Assembly (NCBI GenBank): GCA_033764955.1
Contig: JANRIL010000042.1
Span: 1-64,000 of the forward strand
Direction of reading: 5' to 3'
Length of the DNA stretch: 64,000 nucleotides
Origin: Cyanobacteriota bacterium
GTDB taxonomy: Bacteria; Cyanobacteriota; Cyanobacteriia; Thermostichales; Thermostichaceae
Shown: positions 59,330 through 64,000 of the stretch, one piece after another
Position numbering within the stretch: the stretch's first letter is position 1
How the letters are laid out: every line of letters starts with the position of its first letter
Notes under the pieces: generated by a model
What the model was told of the DNA's origin: nothing
Seen by the model: only the letters and a program-made list of their open reading frames with translations
Database searches by the model: none
Translations under genes and position numbers: made by a program

Positions 59330-60340
59330 ATGACTCACGTGTTGGTCATCGAACCAGAAGAATCATCCCTCCATCAAATTGTCAGCCTACTTGAGCAGCA
59401 GGGACTTCCCAGTTTGGCCGCCACCACTGCCAGCCAAGGTATGGAAATAGCCCATGAAAAGCAGCCCCAGGTCATTCTTTGTGCAACCACCATACCCGAG
59501 AGTAGTGGGTATGAAGTATTACAGACCCTCCGTCAGCAGGAGTCTACGGCCACTATCCCCTTTATCTTTTTGACGGCAGGGCCAGACCGTAACTCGATTG
59601 AGCAATGGGCTGGGCTGGGCATTACCAACTATGTCACCAAACCCGTCAACCGAGCGGAACTGCTGGGATCCATTCATGCCAGCCTTATCCATATCCAGCC
59701 GAACCCTGACCTGGAAAAACCCTCTGCCAGCTTCCTCTGCGCTAACCTGATCAACTCTGAGATGGAGAGCCGCTATCAAAACTGGTTTATTGCTCTAGAA
59801 GTTTCCAGTCAAAAATTCTTCCTGGGATCCACTATGCAGGAAGCCCATGAAGCCGCTTCGCAGGTGTTTCCGGGGAGTGTGTTTTACTATCGCCAGATTG
59901 GGGTCACCAAACCCTCGCCTATTGCCGAACCCGCCAAGGAACACTATGTTCTGCTGGTCAAACAGGCGGACTCTGAGCAGTCGTTTATGCTGCAAGAAGA
60001 AGCCTACTCAATTGGGCGCACCCCCAGTTGCTCGATATTTTTGGACAATCCCAAAATTTCTCGTATTCAGGCAATATTGCAGCGACATCCCTCCGGCGGC
60101 TACCAAATTATCGACGGTGATGGCACGGGTAATCGCAGCACCAATGGCACCTATATCAACGGCATCAAAATTGAGCGGCGTCTTTTACAGGATGGGGATG
60201 TGATTCTGTTGGGTCGTAGCGAAGTGTCCATCCGCTTTTATGAACCCGTCAAACCTGCCGAAGGTGGGGATCCCTTCCAGGATATTCCGGCCACAACCAC
60301 CATTCTTGACGATGACGGTTCTACCACAGAGCTAGGCTGA
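59330..60340 (+). CDS. Atypical receiver - small alpha/beta domain - FHA protein
   Basis: REC-like N-terminus (SGYEVL, IPFIFLT, YVTKPV); FHA motifs IGR, ISR, STNGTYING, LQDGDVI. Confidence 0.85.
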   Translation: MTHVLVIEPEESSLHQIVSLLEQQGLPSLAATTASQGMEIAHEKQPQVILCATTIPESSGYEVLQTLRQQESTATIPFIFLTAGPDRNSIEQWAGLGITNYVTKPVNRAELLGSIHASLIHIQPNPDLEKPSASFLCANLINSEMESRYQNWFIALEVSSQKFFLGSTMQEAHEAASQVFPGSVFYYRQIGVTKPSPIAEPAKEHYVLLVKQADSEQSFMLQEEAYSIGRTPSCSIFLDNPKISRIQAILQRHPSGGYQIIDGDGTGNRSTNGTYINGIKIERRLLQDGDVILLGRSEVSIRFYEPVKPAEGGDPFQDIPATTTILDDDGSTTELG

Positions 60341-60350
60341 ACAAGACAAT

Positions 60351-60659
60351 CTAAACAGCCGAGGCCGCCAAGCCCAAGATCCAAAAAATCTGTTGCTCAA
60401 TCTGCTGACGACTGTCGGAGCTAGCCGGATCCCTAGTCAGATGGCGATGCACCTGTACCAGAGACTCCAGTTCGTGAGCATACTGTTCAATTTCCGCATC
60501 TTCCACATACAGGCTAGACAACACCTCGTTTAAGTCGGCTTGTTCACTGGCGGGGATGGCAGCTCCGCTACGAAACAACCGCATCAAGCGATTTTGCTGC
60601 TGCCGCAGCAGACGCCGCACATAATAACTGGTCATCGGTGAGATTTTCATAGTCCGCAT
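60351..60659 (-). CDS. Hypothetical helical protein
   Basis: 102-aa ORF in the gap between genes; ends EQQIFWILGL. Confidence 0.6.
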   Translation of the reverse strand: MRTMKISPMTSYYVRRLLRQQQNRLMRLFRSGAAIPASEQADLNEVLSSLYVEDAEIEQYAHELESLVQVHRHLTRDPASSDSRQQIEQQIFWILGLAASAV

Positions 60660-60844
60660 AACACTTCAGACATTCAGGAACTTCGCATATCTTAACAATT
60701 TTGTAGCGAAGGCAACAAACAGTTGCTTGGGAAGCGTCCATCGATTTACCGGAATGGATGAGGTCATCTGAGAGTCTGAAGTAGCAGAGGGAGAGAAAAA
60801 GTTTCGTTACAATCATAAAAACCCTCCCCCTCGCCACTTGAGCC

Positions 60845-61054
60845 ATGCCCGAACCCACTAGCCCTCTCGTCTGGATGATTGTCCAACAACCGGATGGGCG
60901 ATGTCTGATCCACCCCTATCCAGAGGATGTTGCGGGGGTTAGATTGGCTGACCCAGCCTCGCATGGACAACAGTGGGGACCTTTTGTCTCAGAGCAGGAG
61001 GCGATTGTCCGCCGCGTCGGACTGATTCGAGCCGGAAAATGCCTACCTCTCTAA
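60845..61054 (+). CDS. Small conserved cyanobacterial protein
   Basis: W.IVQQPDG.C...WGPF.S.QEAI.RRVGLIRAGKC.P motif. Confidence 0.75.
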   Translation: MPEPTSPLVWMIVQQPDGRCLIHPYPEDVAGVRLADPASHGQQWGPFVSEQEAIVRRVGLIRAGKCLPL

Positions 61055-62226
61055 ATTTGCGCTGGTGTCATGACATTCGCCAAATCTCAGCGGAGGCTTG
61101 GCAGGCTTTGGTGACCCCTCAAACCTCGCCCTTTTTGGAATATGCCTGGTTAGCCGGACTGGAGAGTGCTGGCTGTGCGGCGGGCAAAACCGGGTGGCTG
61201 CCCTGTCATCTTCTGGTAGAACAAGCCGGACGGTTAGTGGCGGCGGCTCCCATGTATGTGAAAAGCCACAGCCAGGGGGAGTTTGTCTTTGATCAAGAAT
61301 GGGCGGGAGTAGCTCGCCAACTGGGGGAAGCCTATTATCCCAAACTGATTGGCATGGCTCCTTTTACCCCTGCCACGGGCTATCGTATTTTGGTTCATCC
61401 GACCGCTCAGGAAGCCGATCTCTGGCCTCTCATGCTCAATGCGATTGATCGGTTTTGTGAAGAGCAGGATATCTCTGTCTGTAGCTTTCTGTATGTGGAA
61501 TTGGGTTGGCGGGAGATTTTAGAACGGGATGGCTTTACGGCTCGCATCACCCACAACTACCAATGGCATAACCAAAACTATCTCACCTACGACGATTTTC
61601 TTCAGCAATTTAATGCCAACCAACGCCGCAACATCAAACGAGAACGGCAGGCGATGGAAAAGTCCGGCATTCAAATGCGGACTTACCAGGGATCCGCAAT
61701 TCCCCCCCACTTTTTTCCTCTCATGTATGACCTCTATAGCAACACCTGCGCCCAATTTTGGAATTGGAGTAAGTATCTCAACCGCCGTTTCTTTCAATCT
61801 TTAGAAAAAACCTTTCGGGATCGCACAGTGTTTATCGCGGGAGAACGGGAGGATGAGGTGGTGGGGATGTCCTTTTGTGTTCGCAAAGGGGATCGGATGT
61901 TTGGCCGCTACTGGGGTTGCCGCGAAGAGGTAAAATTTCTCCACTTCAACGCCTGTTATTATCAGCCGATTGATCTCGCCATTGAGCAGAGCCTTCAAAA
62001 TTTTGATCCGGGGGCTGGGGGTGCCCACAAAATTCGCCGTGGCTTTCCGGCGACTCCTGTCTATAGCTATCACCGCTTCTACCGACCCCGCCTTGCCCAT
62101 GTGTTGATTCCCCATTTGCAGCGGGTCAATCCAATCCTCTTGGCCGAGCTAGATCACGTTAATCAGAATGAGGTGCCGTTTCGGGAAGATATTCTGCCCA
62201 GTCTAGGGGCGCTGACAGATCGATAA
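61039..62226 (+). CDS. GNAT/FemAB-like (DUF482) N-acetyltransferase family protein
   Basis: KSHSQGEFVFD, YYPKL..MAPFTPATG, GRYWG, LHFNACYY, GAGG.HK..RGF. Confidence 0.9.
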   Translation: MPTSLNLRWCHDIRQISAEAWQALVTPQTSPFLEYAWLAGLESAGCAAGKTGWLPCHLLVEQAGRLVAAAPMYVKSHSQGEFVFDQEWAGVARQLGEAYYPKLIGMAPFTPATGYRILVHPTAQEADLWPLMLNAIDRFCEEQDISVCSFLYVELGWREILERDGFTARITHNYQWHNQNYLTYDDFLQQFNANQRRNIKRERQAMEKSGIQMRTYQGSAIPPHFFPLMYDLYSNTCAQFWNWSKYLNRRFFQSLEKTFRDRTVFIAGEREDEVVGMSFCVRKGDRMFGRYWGCREEVKFLHFNACYYQPIDLAIEQSLQNFDPGAGGAHKIRRGFPATPVYSYHRFYRPRLAHVLIPHLQRVNPILLAELDHVNQNEVPFREDILPSLGALTDR

Positions 62227-62323
62227 GGGATCCCTTGCACTCCGGGATCCCTGTTCTGTCCAGCAAATTCTGAGAGACTAGACCAGATGGGCTAAACTCA
62301 AAAGAATAGCCATCGCAGACTTT

Positions 62324-62977
62324 ATGCCTTCTTCCTCTTCCTCCCTTGACGTGCGTGAGTTGCCTCTTTTTCCCTTGCCGGAGGTGGTCTTGTTTCCGGG
62401 GCGGGTTTTGCCGTTGCATATTTTTGAGCCGCGCTATCGCATGATGATCAACACGATCATGGAATCGGATCGGCGGTTTGGCGTATTGATGATTGACCCG
62501 CAAACGGGATCCCCAGTCAAGGTGGGCAGTTGTGCCGAAGTTTTGCAGATCCAACGCTTACCGGATGATCGCATCAATATTCTCACCATTGGGCAGCAAC
62601 GCTTTCAACTATTGGATTATGTGCGGGAAAAACCCTTTCGGGTGGGGCTAATTCAGTGGATTGAGGACGATCCCACCGATGAGGATTTGCAAGATTTAAT
62701 GCTGGATGTTTCTACCCTTTTGGACGATGTGGTTAGGCTATCGGGCAAGTTGATGGAGCGCAACACCGAGTTACCCGAAAACCTGCCCAAAACCCCCATC
62801 GAATTGTCCTACTGGATTGCTGGCAATTTTCAGGGAGCGCCGGAAGAGCAACAGTCGTTGCTGGAATTGCGGGATACCGCCAAACGCCTCAAACGGGAGG
62901 CCGAGATTCTAGAATCTACCCGCAAACATTTGGCGGCTCGCACCGTCCTTAAGGATGCCTTCACCGAAATTTCGTAA
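62324..62977 (+). CDS. LON peptidase N-terminal substrate-binding domain protein
   Basis: LPLFPLPEVVLFPG..LPLHIFEPRYRMM. Confidence 0.92.
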   Translation: MPSSSSSLDVRELPLFPLPEVVLFPGRVLPLHIFEPRYRMMINTIMESDRRFGVLMIDPQTGSPVKVGSCAEVLQIQRLPDDRINILTIGQQRFQLLDYVREKPFRVGLIQWIEDDPTDEDLQDLMLDVSTLLDDVVRLSGKLMERNTELPENLPKTPIELSYWIAGNFQGAPEEQQSLLELRDTAKRLKREAEILESTRKHLAARTVLKDAFTEIS

Positions 62978-63010
62978 CCCCGCCTGTTGCCTTTCCCTCA
63001 GGACATTCTC

Positions 63011-64000
63011 ATGCAGATTGGCATTCCCAAAGAGATCAAAGACCAAGAGTTTCGGGTCGGACTGACCCCGGCGGGTGTGCGGGCGCTATCGGAGCAAGGT
63101 CATGGGGTTTGGGTGGAGGAAGGAGCCGGAACCGGAGCCGGATTTAGCGATCTCGACTACCAAAAAGCAGGTGCCAAAATAGCCGACTCCGCCGCCCAGG
63201 TCTATGCCCAAGAAATGGTGGTGAAGGTAAAGGAACCCCTGCCTGCGGAATATGGGCTTTTGCATCCGCAACTACTTTTGTTTACCTATCTGCATCTGGC
63301 GGCTGATCTGACCTTAACCCAAGCTCTGCTGGCCTCAGGAGCTACCTGCATCGCCTACGAAACTGTTGAATTAGCCAATGGATCCCTGCCTCTCTTAATG
63401 CCGATGAGTGTCATTGCGGGTCGCCTTTCCGTGCAATTTGGGGCGCACTACCTGACCCGACAACAGGGGGGACGGGGGGTGTTGCTGGGGGGGATCCCAG
63501 GGGTTCATCCGGGGCGGGTGGTGATCTTAGGCGGCGGTTCTGTCGGGACCGAAGCGGCCAGGATGGCGGTGGGGCTGGGGGCGCGGGTGCAAATTTTGGA
63601 TATCAACCTGCATCGCCTCAATGAATTGGAGCTTTTGTTTGGCTCGCGGGTGGAATTGATCTACAGCACTGCTCAGGCGGTGGAAGAAGCGGTGATCGAT
63701 GCCGATCTGCTGATCGGAGCCGTGTTGATTCCCGGCAGTCGCGCTCCTATTTTGGTGTCAGAAGCTGTTGTGGGAGAGATGCGGCCTCGTTCGGTGATAG
63801 TGGATGTGGCGGTGGATCAGGGGGGCTGTATCGCCACGACGCGAGTCACCTCCCATACCGCTCCGGTCTACGAAGCCCAAGGGGTGCTGCATTATGGGGT
63901 GCCTAACATGCCGGGGGCTGTTCCCTGGACTTCTACGCAAGCTCTGGTCAACAGCACGCTGCCTTATGTCCTCAAACTGGCCAAGCTAGGGGTGAAGGAA
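63011..64000 (+). CDS. ald: Alanine dehydrogenase (runs off the window end)
   Basis: Translated by hand: MQIGIPKEIKDQEFRVGLTP, VKVKEP, FTYLHLAA, IAYETV, PMSVIAGR, DVAVDQGGC, PNMPG. Confidence 0.95.
   Translation, partial: MQIGIPKEIKDQEFRVGLTPAGVRALSEQGHGVWVEEGAGTGAGFSDLDYQKAGAKIADSAAQVYAQEMVVKVKEPLPAEYGLLHPQLLLFTYLHLAADLTLTQALLASGATCIAYETVELANGSLPLLMPMSVIAGRLSVQFGAHYLTRQQGGRGVLLGGIPGVHPGRVVILGGGSVGTEAARMAVGLGARVQILDINLHRLNELELLFGSRVELIYSTAQAVEEAVIDADLLIGAVLIPGSRAPILVSEAVVGEMRPRSVIVDVAVDQGGCIATTRVTSHTAPVYEAQGVLHYGVPNMPGAVPWTSTQALVNSTLPYVLKLAKLGVKE

Larger units (their letters stand above)
301..63498. repeat. Highly iterated palindrome GGGATCCC (HIP variant) dispersed through coding and intergenic DNA
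   Basis: Dozens of occurrences, e.g. 301, 36287, 36302, 39664, 62227, 62244. Canonical GCGATCGC is rare (e.g. 7522). Confidence 0.9.

Noticed and set aside
60845..61054. Possible transposase, as this family is sometimes labelled
   Set aside because: Only 69 aa, with no DDE motif, no IRs and no target duplication

Overview
Core chromosomal window from a cyanobacterium. The octamer GGGATCCC is highly iterated, which points to the Thermostichus / hot-spring Synechococcus OS-type lineage. The window opens on the last 138 bp of an IS200/IS605 tnpB element, whose right end supplies the stop codon of psb35. Photosynthesis genes: psb35, a lumenal cyclophilin, petC-petA, plus psbI and an hli gene that the ORF track missed. 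Metabolism: a phosphatase/phytase-like gene with a Pho-box-like promoter, tocopherol genes (vte4-hpt), cobO and cobB, argC and argG, fabF-acpP, ppx and a partial ald. Signalling: a Pil/Hmp-type chemosensory operon with duplicated CheY and a 2145-aa CheA, two Cache-SpoIIE phosphatases (one frameshifted in an A9 tract), a DAHL-PAS-adenylate cyclase-DEP protein and a pseudo-receiver-FHA protein. Also present: three tandem AIM24 genes, a miniature IS1 remnant with an adjacent MITE, devBC without devA, der and mutS2. I found no CRISPR array, rRNA or tRNA, and no complete new multi-gene system is proven. All calls come from motif recognition by eye, without database searches.
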